Positions 29,097 through 38,212 of a stretch of DNA of 42,825 nt are shown here, in pieces. Each line of letters opens with the position of its first letter. Within the stretch, counting starts at the first letter, position 1. The DNA is from an uncultured Planctomycetaceae bacterium (GTDB lineage: Bacteria; Planctomycetota; Planctomycetia; Planctomycetales; Planctomycetaceae), in contig CAXBME010000007.1 of assembly GCA_963976765.1 (NCBI GenBank), positions 248,001 to 290,825 of the forward strand, in the 5' to 3' direction. Under the pieces are notes generated by a model, which was not told the origin of the DNA, ran no database searches, and saw nothing but the letters and a program-made list of their open reading frames with translations. The position numbers were made by a program, and so were the translations under genes.

Positions 29097-32000
29097 TTAA
29101 ACCTGAGTGTCGATCAGCATGTCGAGGATGTCGTTCGAGAGTGTAAACGTCTCGTCGATTTCCGAAGCCTGATTGCCAATCAGCAGGTCGTCGCCCTCGT
29201 TGCCCGCGACGGTGTCGGAGTTCGAGCCGCTTCCGGAAACACGATCGTCACCGTCGCCGCCGAGCACGATGTCCGCACCAGCTCCGCCGATCATCGAGTC
29301 GTCGCCATCCTCGCCCAGCAGGGTGTCGTTACCGGCTTCGCCATTGATATTATCGCTGCCTTCGCCACCACTGATCAGGTCGTGACCGGTGCCACCTCTC
29401 AGGGAATCGTTGCCGTCGCCGCCGTTGATCACATCGTTGCCGGCTTCGCCTCGAATCGTGTCGTTGCCGCCGCCGCCGAAGAGCGTATCCAGGCCGCTTT
29501 GTCCTTTGATGCTGTCGGAACCCGACCCGCCTCGGGCCAGGTCGTTACCAGAACCGCCCAGTAGAGTGTCGTTTCCGAGTTCTCCTTCGAGCGTGTCGTG
29601 TCCCGAATTTCCATTCAGGCGGTCGTCATCGTTGCCGCCTCGCAGGAGGTCGTTGCCGATTCCGCCGAAGAGCGAATCCGCTCCGTCACCGCCGAATAAC
29701 TGATCGTCGCCGAGTTCCCCAGACAGAGTGTCGTTCCCCGCTCCGCCTCGAATGGAATCTTCCCCGCGGTCGCCGGAGATCACATCGTCGCCGTCGCCAC
29801 CGTCGAGGATGTCGTCATTGAGCGTTCCCGAAATAGTATCATCGCCGCCTTCTCCGAGTACCTGGATCGGCAGTCTGTTTGAGAGGCTCGACTGACCGTT
29901 AAACGTGTCTGCCCCGTCGCCAAGTCTCACCTGAAGTGCCAGCGGACGAGTATTATTGATGTTGCCCATCGTGACCGTGTCGTTGCCGTCCATCCCGAGG
30001 ATCGTCACGGTATGGACGCTGTTCGAAACGGTGATTGACGCGTTCGGAGTCGACACCCGCAACAGCCCCCCCACCTGAGAAATCACAAACGTGTCGGCAC
30101 CAGCCGTGCCCCGAATCTCGACAGCATCGGCCCCGCCGGTATCGATGGAAGTATTCGCCCCATTCGCAAACGGTTCGAGAATCAGCACATCGCTGCCGTT
30201 TCCGCCGCCAAGCGTGTTGTTGCCCTGACCGCCGTCGACCGAGTCATCGCCAAACCCGCCGTTGATGGTGTCATTTCCTTCGCCACCCTGAAGCGTATCC
30301 ATCCCGCCGCCGCCGATCAGTGTGTCATTGCCAGCTTGCCCGTCAATCAGATCATTGCCGCCAGACCCGATCAACGTGTCATTTCCGTCACCGCCGAGAA
30401 TTGTGTCGTTCTGCCCTATTGTCGGTGGAACGGGTGGCGGTGGTGGCAGCGGTGGCTGAGTTGGCGGAACGGCTCCCAGAGATGCGATATAGGCCGTTGT
30501 ATCGAAAATTGAGTCAGCGAAATCGGCAATGATGAACGTGATTCTGTTTCCCGTCGCTCCGTTACCGATCTGAGCCTGAAAGGTCTGAGTGGGATTCCCA
30601 CCCGTATTCAGAACGCCATTAAGTTCCGTTCCCGGTACTGCCGCGAAGTCCGGGTGAGAAATATTCACAGGCTGGCCGGCAACGAATGCGATATTGTCGG
30701 TTGGAGCTGTTCCATTCAAAAAGATCCCGAAGCCGTCAAAGATCGAATTTACGAAGACGGGAAACTCTTCCGAACCGAAGACTACGTTGAAAAAGAGTGT
30801 GTCAAATCCGGGCAGAAGGTCGAAATCGATATCGAGGCGGGTTACGTCAAAGTGCCCAATCAGCCCACCGGTAATCGGGTCGAGCAACACGTCCTGCGAC
30901 GTGTCCTGCACGGGATCAAAGGATGTCGTTTGCGATGTAGAATTGTTCGGCCCACTGCCGTAGTCAGCAACGTCGCCGGTGCTCAGCACGATTCCGTCGC
31001 CAAAAATCCCGTACGGTGCCACGCCGCCAGCAGAATAGATCCCGGTCGAAACAGCAGCACCCGCTGCCGGAGGCGCAGTCAGAGAAACGTTCGTCACAAC
31101 AATTCCTGGCGCTGTACCGACGAGCGTGTTTACTAAATTCTGGGCGTTTGTTTCGCGAGAAACGATAAGTCCAAAATCGTCATCATCAATAATTCGCCCT
31201 TCGCCAGAACCATCAAGAATTGCAACATTGGTTGCGTTGCTCAGCGTGATGAAAAAGGTCTCTTCGATCTCGTCCAGTGTATCCCCCAATATACTCACTG
31301 GGATCTGCTTACTTGTTTCGCCCGGCTGGAACGTCACCACCCCGACAGGAACGCCCACAAAGTCAACTCCCTCCGTTGCCGTTCCACCGGTGATCGTGCC
31401 ATCAGAACCAATCTGGTATTGAACCGTGACGATGTCTTCGGATGTCGACGAAAGCGAGACTGTGAAGTTGACGATCGTCGTCACGCCGGCACCACCCTCT
31501 GGATCAATTCGGATATCGTCGACTGTGAGAGCCAGGTCATTAGTAGACACCGCATCGTCACCAGCACCGCCATCAATAAAGTCTGCGCCACTTCCGCCAA
31601 AGATTGTGTCGTTACCAATGTGCCCCAGAATCCGGTCGTTGCCGGTCAGTTCCAATTGTGTCTGATCTCCATCGCCGAAGAGCAAATCATGGCCGCTACC
31701 GCCCAGAAGAGTATCGTCATCAGAACCACCAAGGACCGTATCGTTTCCGCTGTTGCCGTTGACGATGTCGTTTCCGTTTTCACCGTTCAGTGAGTCATTG
31801 CCCGTACCACCGAAGACCAGATCGTCATCGTCGCCGCCGAAGAGTGAATCGTTACCGGCGTCTCCATTCAGAGTGTCATTACCAACGCCGCCAAGAATGG
31901 AATCCAGCTCGGATCCGCCTGAGACAGAGTCATCGCCAAGGGCGCCGTCAAGTGTGTCGTTGCCACTGCCACCGTCGATCACGTCGTCGTCGGTGTCTCC

Positions 32001-32705
32001 GGTGATCGTGTCGGCGCCGCTCTGGCCGTTGAGCGTGTCAGCTCCGGAACCGCCGTTGATCGTGTCACCGCTTGAGCCGCCGTTTACAAGGTCATCACCG
32101 ACTTCACCATTGATGATGTCGCCGCCGTCTCCACCGTTGAGCGTGTCGTTGCCGTCTCCACCGTTGAGCAGATCCTGCCCGTTGCCGCCGTTCAGCAGGT
32201 CGGCTCGCGTTCCCCCGAACAGCACGTCAGTACCATCGCCACCGTTCAACGTCGAGGCGATGTCCAGGCTGCCTCGGATAAAGTCGTCGCCGTCACCACC
32301 ATCGACGATGATTTCAAGGTTCGGATTGAAAAATGTCCCGGTGACAGCAGTCAGGTCGACGACGTTGTTTCCGTCGTCACCGGAGATTGTCAGCCGGGCC
32401 AGCGTCGCGGGATCAATCGCAGGAATGCCGAGGACTGGCGAACCATTTTCAAGAACCTCAACAACTGTTGAAGTCGAAATGGCAGCTCGAACAGAGATGT
32501 TGTCGCCTGAATTCGTCGTGATGAATAACTCAGTACCGAGCCCCGACACGATCTGCGTTACCTGCACGGTCAGCATGGTGCGCTGTTCAAGATGCTCAAT
32601 TCGCTGTGGCGAGAATTCGATCCGACGCGGCTGACGAGAGCCTGCTCGTTTGCGGGGAGAACGAATTCGGTTCTGAACGCTGGAGAGCCAGTTGTTAAAT
32701 CGCAC
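29097..32705 (-). CDS. Large extracellular RTX/hemolysin-type Ca-binding repeat protein with planctomycete leader, Calx-beta and choice-of-anchor-L-like domains
   Basis: GTG start with GAGG upstream. Basic leader ending in IEHLEQRTML. Dozens of GGxGxDxL nonapeptides. Calx-beta (FTVSLS...TFQPGETSKQIPVSILGD...ETFFITLSN). GIVLSTG...FGSEEFP...ADFADSIFDT segment resembles choice-of-anchor L. Confidence 0.88.
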   Translation of the reverse strand: MRFNNWLSSVQNRIRSPRKRAGSRQPRRIEFSPQRIEHLEQRTMLTVQVTQIVSGLGTELFITTNSGDNISVRAAISTSTVVEVLENGSPVLGIPAIDPATLARLTISGDDGNNVVDLTAVTGTFFNPNLEIIVDGGDGDDFIRGSLDIASTLNGGDGTDVLFGGTRADLLNGGNGQDLLNGGDGNDTLNGGDGGDIINGEVGDDLVNGGSSGDTINGGSGADTLNGQSGADTITGDTDDDVIDGGSGNDTLDGALGDDSVSGGSELDSILGGVGNDTLNGDAGNDSLFGGDDDDLVFGGTGNDSLNGENGNDIVNGNSGNDTVLGGSDDDTLLGGSGHDLLFGDGDQTQLELTGNDRILGHIGNDTIFGGSGADFIDGGAGDDAVSTNDLALTVDDIRIDPEGGAGVTTIVNFTVSLSSTSEDIVTVQYQIGSDGTITGGTATEGVDFVGVPVGVVTFQPGETSKQIPVSILGDTLDEIEETFFITLSNATNVAILDGSGEGRIIDDDDFGLIVSRETNAQNLVNTLVGTAPGIVVTNVSLTAPPAAGAAVSTGIYSAGGVAPYGIFGDGIVLSTGDVADYGSGPNNSTSQTTSFDPVQDTSQDVLLDPITGGLIGHFDVTRLDIDFDLLPGFDTLFFNVVFGSEEFPVFVNSIFDGFGIFLNGTAPTDNIAFVAGQPVNISHPDFAAVPGTELNGVLNTGGNPTQTFQAQIGNGATGNRITFIIADFADSIFDTTAYIASLGAVPPTQPPLPPPPPVPPTIGQNDTILGGDGNDTLIGSGGNDLIDGQAGNDTLIGGGGMDTLQGGEGNDTINGGFGDDSVDGGQGNNTLGGGNGSDVLILEPFANGANTSIDTGGADAVEIRGTAGADTFVISQVGGLLRVSTPNASITVSNSVHTVTILGMDGNDTVTMGNINNTRPLALQVRLGDGADTFNGQSSLSNRLPIQVLGEGGDDTISGTLNDDILDGGDGDDVISGDRGEDSIRGGAGNDTLSGELGDDQLFGGDGADSLFGGIGNDLLRGGNDDDRLNGNSGHDTLEGELGNDTLLGGSGNDLARGGSGSDSIKGQSGLDTLFGGGGNDTIRGEAGNDVINGGDGNDSLRGGTGHDLISGGEGSDNINGEAGNDTLLGEDGDDSMIGGAGADIVLGGDGDDRVSGSGSNSDTVAGNEGDDLLIGNQASEIDETFTLSNDILDMLIDTQV

Positions 32706-33102
32706 AGGAATACCTCGTCAGACTATTCTTAAAGGACGACATGCGCGGCAGTCGGCAGGTGGCGGATCAAACGTCGATCCGACCAGAGACTTCCGTCACG
32801 CCAGACTTCCTCGGAAATGGTCGACGAGCAAGGAGTGGTTCGACAACTACGCAACGAAGTGCGGAATTGGCACGCCTGGTGATCGAATCGAACGATCCGT
32901 TGTTTTCCCGCATCAGATGATGCCGCCGTTCAACAGATCCGCACGACCTGTCATACCTGAACTGCGTGACTCGGCTGTCTGACGATGACCTGTCCCGCTT
33001 GAGCGATGATTCGGTATTCAAGTCGCCACCCAGCGACGACACTCCGCAGCGGCTTTGACTTCCGAGTCAGATACTTCGTCACACTCCTCAGGACTCAGGC
33101 AG

Positions 33103-33777
33103 ATGACAACGCGGACGGTTGTAATTTTCTCAGGCGGTCTGGATTCGACGACTCTGCTGTACGACCTGAAAGCGTCGGGGCATGAGGTAGTCGCGCTTTC
33201 AATACACTATGGCCAGAGGCACAGTCGCGAACTTCATTCCGCTCAGGAAATCTGCCAGGCGATCGACGTTGAACTGACGATGCTCGACCTCTCCGGGCTG
33301 GCTCAGATCTTTGGCAGCAACAGCCTGTCTGATGCCAGCGTCGCGGTTCCGGAAGGCAGGTATGAAGAAAAATCCATGCAGCAGACGACGGTTCCAAATC
33401 GAAACATGATCCTGCTGTCAATCGCGGTCGGCTGGGCCATTTCAAATGACTGCCAGGCCGTCGCATTCGGAGCTCACTCCGGAGAGTACACCCCTTATCC
33501 CGACTGTCGCCCGGAATTCGCAGCAGCAATGGATAACGTCGCACAAATCTGCGACTGGCAGCCGATTCGCATTCTTGCACCGTTCGTCACGTGGACGAAG
33601 TCGGATATCGTGCGGCGCGGAGCAGAGCTGGCCGTTCCGTTTCAGTTAACATGGTCCTGCTACGTCGGCGGCGAGAAACAATGCGGTCGCTGCGGCACCT
33701 GTCTTGATCGAAAAACCGCCTTCGAAAAAAGCGGCATCGACGACCCGACCGATTACGAAACGGATGGACCTGGCTGA
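33103..33777 (+). CDS. queC: 7-cyano-7-deazaguanine synthase
   Basis: ATG at 33103. SGGLDS, YGQRH, VPNRNMILLS, YPDCRPEF and TWSCY...CGRCGTC. Confidence 0.93.
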   Translation: MTTRTVVIFSGGLDSTTLLYDLKASGHEVVALSIHYGQRHSRELHSAQEICQAIDVELTMLDLSGLAQIFGSNSLSDASVAVPEGRYEEKSMQQTTVPNRNMILLSIAVGWAISNDCQAVAFGAHSGEYTPYPDCRPEFAAAMDNVAQICDWQPIRILAPFVTWTKSDIVRRGAELAVPFQLTWSCYVGGEKQCGRCGTCLDRKTAFEKSGIDDPTDYETDGPG

Positions 33778-33786
33778 GGCGAACGG

Positions 33787-36054
33787 TCAGAGGCGGAAGT
33801 GAAACGTCTGATTGATGTACCGCCACAGCCATTGTCCGGCGGTTCGTTCTTCGACTCGGAATCGAGCCAGACCTCGCATTCCGGATCTGAGCAGTTCGGT
33901 GTCCTGTTCCAGTTCGACCGTTGCCTGATAAACGCTGCTCAACAGACGTTCGCGTCCCTGACTGTCGGTGACCGTCGGCAGGTCTCCACCCAGTTTGTTC
34001 GAAAGCTGCTCAGGTACGTACTCAAGAGGGTTCTTCGAGACTTCCTGAATGTGGCCTTCGTAGGTTCGCGATGGAAGATGGTCGAACTTCAACTGAATGA
34101 GCTGACGTTTCTTTTCGGAATCTTCCAGACGTGCGACCAGCTCGGCCTGGCTGAGTTCGTTAATGTCGCCCTGGTCGATCAACACAACCGCCTGAAAGAG
34201 GCTCGACGGGGCAACACTCAGCAGATGAGTCCGTTCGTCGATTGTGGCGCCAATATTCTTCGGATGAAGCGGCGTTCCGTTCCAGGTGGAAAGCTGCTTT
34301 CGCGCGGTTTCGATGGGGGGTTCAGGGACCCGTGGCGGTTCGACAATCGTTCCGGCGATTTCCGCCTTTATCGTCAGGGCGGCAAGCTGCTGCTGAACAT
34401 CTTTAAGCTGGTCAGTCAGGGCGGCGATCTGGTTGTCGGCAAGGCTCATGCGCCCTTCGTTGCCAACGATTCGCTGTGTGTCCCTTTCGAGTTTCTGGAT
34501 CTCGATCTTGTTGAGCAGATCACGTTTCTGGTCTTCCAGATCCGGGTTTCGCATTTGAACCACGACCTGATCGCCGCCGACCGAATCTCCAGCCTTGACC
34601 ATCACGTCGGTCAACTCGCCAGGCGTTTGCGTGTAGATGTGTTTAACGTTGAGCGGCTCGATGATGTAGGTTGCTTCAATGTGCAGAGGCATCGGAATGG
34701 AGAGCACCGCATAGCTAACGCAAAACAGAATCGTGAGAGTGAATGCGATTTTCGGTTTGCTCATCGGTTCAATCCTCGGTGCCGTGATCATCTTGTAGAG
34801 GTTGCTGATCATGCTGTACATGATCGTCGAAATCGACACGACGGCCAGTGTCGCCCCGATACTCTGTAATCCATAGGGTTTCAGAACGGTGTAGAGAAAC
34901 ACCGTAATCGCGATCACGATAAACCAGCGGTAGATACCTGCCGCGATGGCGAAGGTAACAAACCACGCCTTGCCGGTTTCTGGCATAAACGGATCGGGTT
35001 TGGATTCGATCCCCAGGCAGTACCAGGCGAAAGACTCCCGCAGCAGCTTGTCGGCTTTCGGGCGGAGATTCGGAATCTCCAGAAAGTCAGACATCATGTA
35101 GTAACCATCAAAACGCATCAGCGGATTGGCGTTGAAGATGACTGTCGTGATCGTCGTAACGAAGAAAATATTCAACGCGAGATTGTGCAGCAGTCCCTGG
35201 TCGGTGTACCGCCAGATGAAGATCGCGAGTGCGGACAGGAAGACTTCAATATACATCCCCGCCGCACCGATCATGATGCGCGGCCACTTGCTGCGAAGCA
35301 TCCATGAGTCGGAAACATCGCAATACAGGCACGGGCTGAACACCAGCAGCATGACACCCATTTCGTGACATTCGCCGCCGAAATGTTTGCAACTTAAACC
35401 GTGACCGAATTCGTGGATAATCTTCGAGATGCTCAGCGTGATCCACAGATAAAGCAGGTTCGGCCAACCGAAGAACTGCTGAAACTTCGGCAGCTCGGAG
35501 CGAAAAGTTTCGAACTGAACAGCCAGCAGAGCCCACGACGACAGCACGACGGCGAACCAGACGAAGACTCCGAACCTGGAAAAGAACAGGAGTCGACAAA
35601 CCGGATAGATTGCCGTGAGTGTGGTTTCCGGATCCCAACCGGGCAGTCTGAGGTACAGCAGACTTTTCAGGGTGTTGAAGAACTTTTTCTTTTTCTCGTC
35701 GCGCTGCTTCTTGATCAGCGACGCTCCCTGGCCCGATCGTTGACTGCTAACCAGACCTTTTTCGTGCAGGTCGGTAATCAGGTGCTGGATGTCGGAAAGC
35801 TGCAGCCGAACAGTCGGCATGATTTTCAGCATTTCCTCGCGAAGCTGTTCCAGGCTGCGTTCGCCGTTCAGCAGGTTCAGGACGTGGTACTGTTCCTGTT
35901 GAAGTCGGAAGTACTTCAGGCCAGCAGGATCTTTGACAACCCAGTAACCGACTCCCAGGTAATCAATCCGTTTGATCACCAGATCGGCTCGAACCGCCAG
36001 CGGAATTGGTCGCTGCGTCGAGGGAATCATTTCGGAGTTTTGCTGGGTAATCAT
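33787..36054 (-). CDS. PqqD/RRE-like - M50 (site-2) metallopeptidase - HlyD-type membrane fusion protein
   Basis: HEFGH and FNANPLMRFDGYY are M50 zinc motifs. N-terminal YWVVKDP...YFRL...LNGERSL...LHEKGLV resembles a PqqD fold. C-terminal lipoyl half-motifs, coiled coil and beta-barrel (TPGELTDVMVKAGDSV; IKAEIAGTIV; LRSGMRG). Confidence 0.85.
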   Translation of the reverse strand: MITQQNSEMIPSTQRPIPLAVRADLVIKRIDYLGVGYWVVKDPAGLKYFRLQQEQYHVLNLLNGERSLEQLREEMLKIMPTVRLQLSDIQHLITDLHEKGLVSSQRSGQGASLIKKQRDEKKKKFFNTLKSLLYLRLPGWDPETTLTAIYPVCRLLFFSRFGVFVWFAVVLSSWALLAVQFETFRSELPKFQQFFGWPNLLYLWITLSISKIIHEFGHGLSCKHFGGECHEMGVMLLVFSPCLYCDVSDSWMLRSKWPRIMIGAAGMYIEVFLSALAIFIWRYTDQGLLHNLALNIFFVTTITTVIFNANPLMRFDGYYMMSDFLEIPNLRPKADKLLRESFAWYCLGIESKPDPFMPETGKAWFVTFAIAAGIYRWFIVIAITVFLYTVLKPYGLQSIGATLAVVSISTIMYSMISNLYKMITAPRIEPMSKPKIAFTLTILFCVSYAVLSIPMPLHIEATYIIEPLNVKHIYTQTPGELTDVMVKAGDSVGGDQVVVQMRNPDLEDQKRDLLNKIEIQKLERDTQRIVGNEGRMSLADNQIAALTDQLKDVQQQLAALTIKAEIAGTIVEPPRVPEPPIETARKQLSTWNGTPLHPKNIGATIDERTHLLSVAPSSLFQAVVLIDQGDINELSQAELVARLEDSEKKRQLIQLKFDHLPSRTYEGHIQEVSKNPLEYVPEQLSNKLGGDLPTVTDSQGRERLLSSVYQATVELEQDTELLRSGMRGLARFRVEERTAGQWLWRYINQTFHFRL

Positions 36055-36121
36055 CGCATCACCGGTGCGTCAATCGGGGTGAGTCTGATTCATGCCGTTC
36101 AGGAATCAAAAGACGTGAAGG

Positions 36122-37036
36122 TTATCGTCGAAGACCGATTGCCGCATTGGCGGGAGCCGGAGTGATGGCCATTTTGGCGTTCAGACCCGGGCGAAGAATC
36201 CGATTGGGATTCGGAATTTCTGCGATCACTTTCACACTGCCAATAATTGGTGAGAAGGTCGTGTCGACCATTTTCACTTTCCCAACGAGAATCTCGTCCT
36301 TGAAAGGGATATTCAGTTCGCCGGCATCCAGTTGAACCCGGACGGTATCGCCTGTCTTCACATGGAACGCGTCGGGAATGCTGATATATCCTTCGATTTT
36401 GACTCGATCGATGCTCAGAACTTCCAGAATTGGAGTTCCCTGTTGAACGGCTTCGCCCTTTCGCTGATAGACCTTTGAAACAATGCCGCTGAAAGGGGCG
36501 GTCACTTTGTAGGTCTTCAGCGCTTCCTCGTTTTCGGTAACGGTCAGCTGTGCAATTCTTTGCTCAAACTGAGCCTGCTCAATCTGAAGTGTCGCTTTTT
36601 CAACAGCCAGTTTCTGTTTTGCGAGTTCAGCTTCAGGAACGGTGCCGGGAACTTTGTTGTTCGCCGCGTTCGACATGGCGAGGTCAGCATCTGCGAACTC
36701 GGATGACTTTACGGCATAGCGGACGTGAACATCGTTCGTGGACTTCTCAAGTTCTTTTTCGTACGTCGCTTTCGCCACCCCGTCCTTCAAACCGGCAACG
36801 ATCTGGCCGGCCTGGACGACTGTGCCTTCTTCGGGCGTGTCGTTTTCGAGAATACCTGGCCGTTCGGCAGCCAGAGTGACGACGTCGATCAACTGAATCG
36901 TACAGTCGTACGCGGTAACCACGTCAGGTTTTCCCTGTTGAGCTTCGACGTGCTGACTACTGATTGCCCAAATGGCGAGCAAGGTGACAACCACTGCGCC
37001 AGTCGAACCAAAAGCCCAGGCTGCAAGACGCTTCAT
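36122..37036 (-). CDS. HlyD/RND-type periplasmic adaptor (membrane fusion protein)
   Basis: ATG at 37036 with GGAG upstream. N-terminal anchor, LAAERPGIL...EGTVVQAGQ, helical hairpin, VTAPFSGIV...GEAVQQG and LRPGLNAKM. Confidence 0.88.
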   Translation of the reverse strand: MKRLAAWAFGSTGAVVVTLLAIWAISSQHVEAQQGKPDVVTAYDCTIQLIDVVTLAAERPGILENDTPEEGTVVQAGQIVAGLKDGVAKATYEKELEKSTNDVHVRYAVKSSEFADADLAMSNAANNKVPGTVPEAELAKQKLAVEKATLQIEQAQFEQRIAQLTVTENEEALKTYKVTAPFSGIVSKVYQRKGEAVQQGTPILEVLSIDRVKIEGYISIPDAFHVKTGDTVRVQLDAGELNIPFKDEILVGKVKMVDTTFSPIIGSVKVIAEIPNPNRILRPGLNAKMAITPAPANAAIGLRR

Positions 37037-37401
37037 GACGAGACTCCCAAAAACTTTCAAAGCCTATTGTGCTGAATCCAGCTCTGCCGATCCGAAACAA
37101 CGAGTTTATTGCACCGTCCGACTGTATCGAACTTCGGAACTTCTTTGATCGCCGATGATCTGAAGCAGAGGGCTGACGTAGACAGTTTGTTCAATCCGGC
37201 AGCGAACGAGTTCGCGACATTTTCGGATGCACCGAGGATCGTACCTGGACCCGCCTGACACAACCAGATCGATTCTGACGGACATATCTGGCTGTGAAAG
37301 TGCAGAAGATACGCAGAACGGTAGGATTCATCGCACGCTGAGAGAGAGGCCTTCAGGCAAAGGCCGTACCCCTTCTTTCCTTTGTTTTTGAGGACACCCC
37401 G

Positions 37402-38187
37402 ATGAGTGACTCAAAGTCGGCAGGACAGACGACATCCGACGTTTCAGATCGAACACTGATTCCCGCAAGCTGGGAAGTTCCTGCGTCTTTTAGAAATCGG
37501 CTTGGAAATCGGGTCGGACGTCAGCGGGCGATGGTCGCTGACGGGCATCTGTTACTGATTCTGCACAGCCCTCCAGAGCCGGACCAGAATGATCGCCAGG
37601 GGCGACTGTTCTGGCGACAGCCTGATGGCACCTGGAAAGTCAACTGCCTCGATTCGTCCGTCGGGAGTCTGCACGGTCACCTGAAAGACTACCGGCAACG
37701 AATTGAGAAACTTGAAGAGAAAGAAGAGTCTGCAAAAACGTCCGACGAGTATTTCAAAGTGGTTTCAGACCTCTTGCCGCTTCACCGAACCGCGCGAAAC
37801 ATGCACGCAGCAATTCAAACAGCCCGGCAGGAAATCAAAGACGCGAAAGACATCATCAACTTTCGCGACGAGGCGTACGAGATCGAGCGACTGTCGGAAC
37901 TGCTCAATGCTGACGCAAAGAACGAACTTGACTTCCTCATCGTTTGCCGAGCTGAAGAACAAGCCAGGATAAGTTACGAGATGGGAATCTCGTCACATCG
38001 GCTGAACCTGCTGGTCGCATTCTTCTTTCCGATCGCGACGCTGTCGTCGATCTTCGGCACGAACCTGCTCCACGGGTTCGAGGACAGGTACTCGCCCAAA
38101 CTATTTCTGGCGATGCTCGTGACCGGATTGTTCTTTGGCCTGTTTCTGACCCTGGCAATTACCCGCAAAGGCAGTTCGAGAAGTTAA
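37402..38187 (+). CDS. CorA-like membrane protein (truncated, divergent)
   Basis: Helical/coiled-coil body and two C-terminal transmembrane helices with LNLLVAFFFPIATLSSIFGTNL, a CorA TM1-like segment with GMN replaced by GTN. GAGGA upstream. Confidence 0.6.
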   Translation: MSDSKSAGQTTSDVSDRTLIPASWEVPASFRNRLGNRVGRQRAMVADGHLLLILHSPPEPDQNDRQGRLFWRQPDGTWKVNCLDSSVGSLHGHLKDYRQRIEKLEEKEESAKTSDEYFKVVSDLLPLHRTARNMHAAIQTARQEIKDAKDIINFRDEAYEIERLSELLNADAKNELDFLIVCRAEEQARISYEMGISSHRLNLLVAFFFPIATLSSIFGTNLLHGFEDRYSPKLFLAMLVTGLFFGLFLTLAITRKGSSRS

Positions 38188-38212
38188 TGAACCAGCTCAC
38201 CGGCAATTTCCA

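Noticed and set aside
29200..32310. 27-bp-periodic repeats as a possible CRISPR or DNA tandem array
   Set aside because: They are protein-level RTX nonapeptide codons with synonymous variation. There are no identical repeats with spacers and no cas genes.
32706..33102. Possible preQ1 riboswitch or small ORFs upstream of queC
   Set aside because: No preQ1-I stem with an A-rich tail is visible. ORFs 32692-32982 and 32767-33042 have no motifs or convincing RBS.
33103..33777. QueC as part of an anti-phage (QatC-like) or DNA 7-deazaguanine modification system
   Set aside because: Canonical length and motifs, no dpd/qat/TatD neighbours, and queA nearby all support ordinary queuosine biosynthesis.
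3115..36165. Many long antisense ORFs (e.g. 3115-4053, 12446-13276, 19611-20528, 21705-22709, 31753-32634, 33799-34869, 35401-36165)
   Set aside because: Shadow ORFs opposite well-supported genes. They are expected from codon bias at this GC content and show no recognisable motifs.
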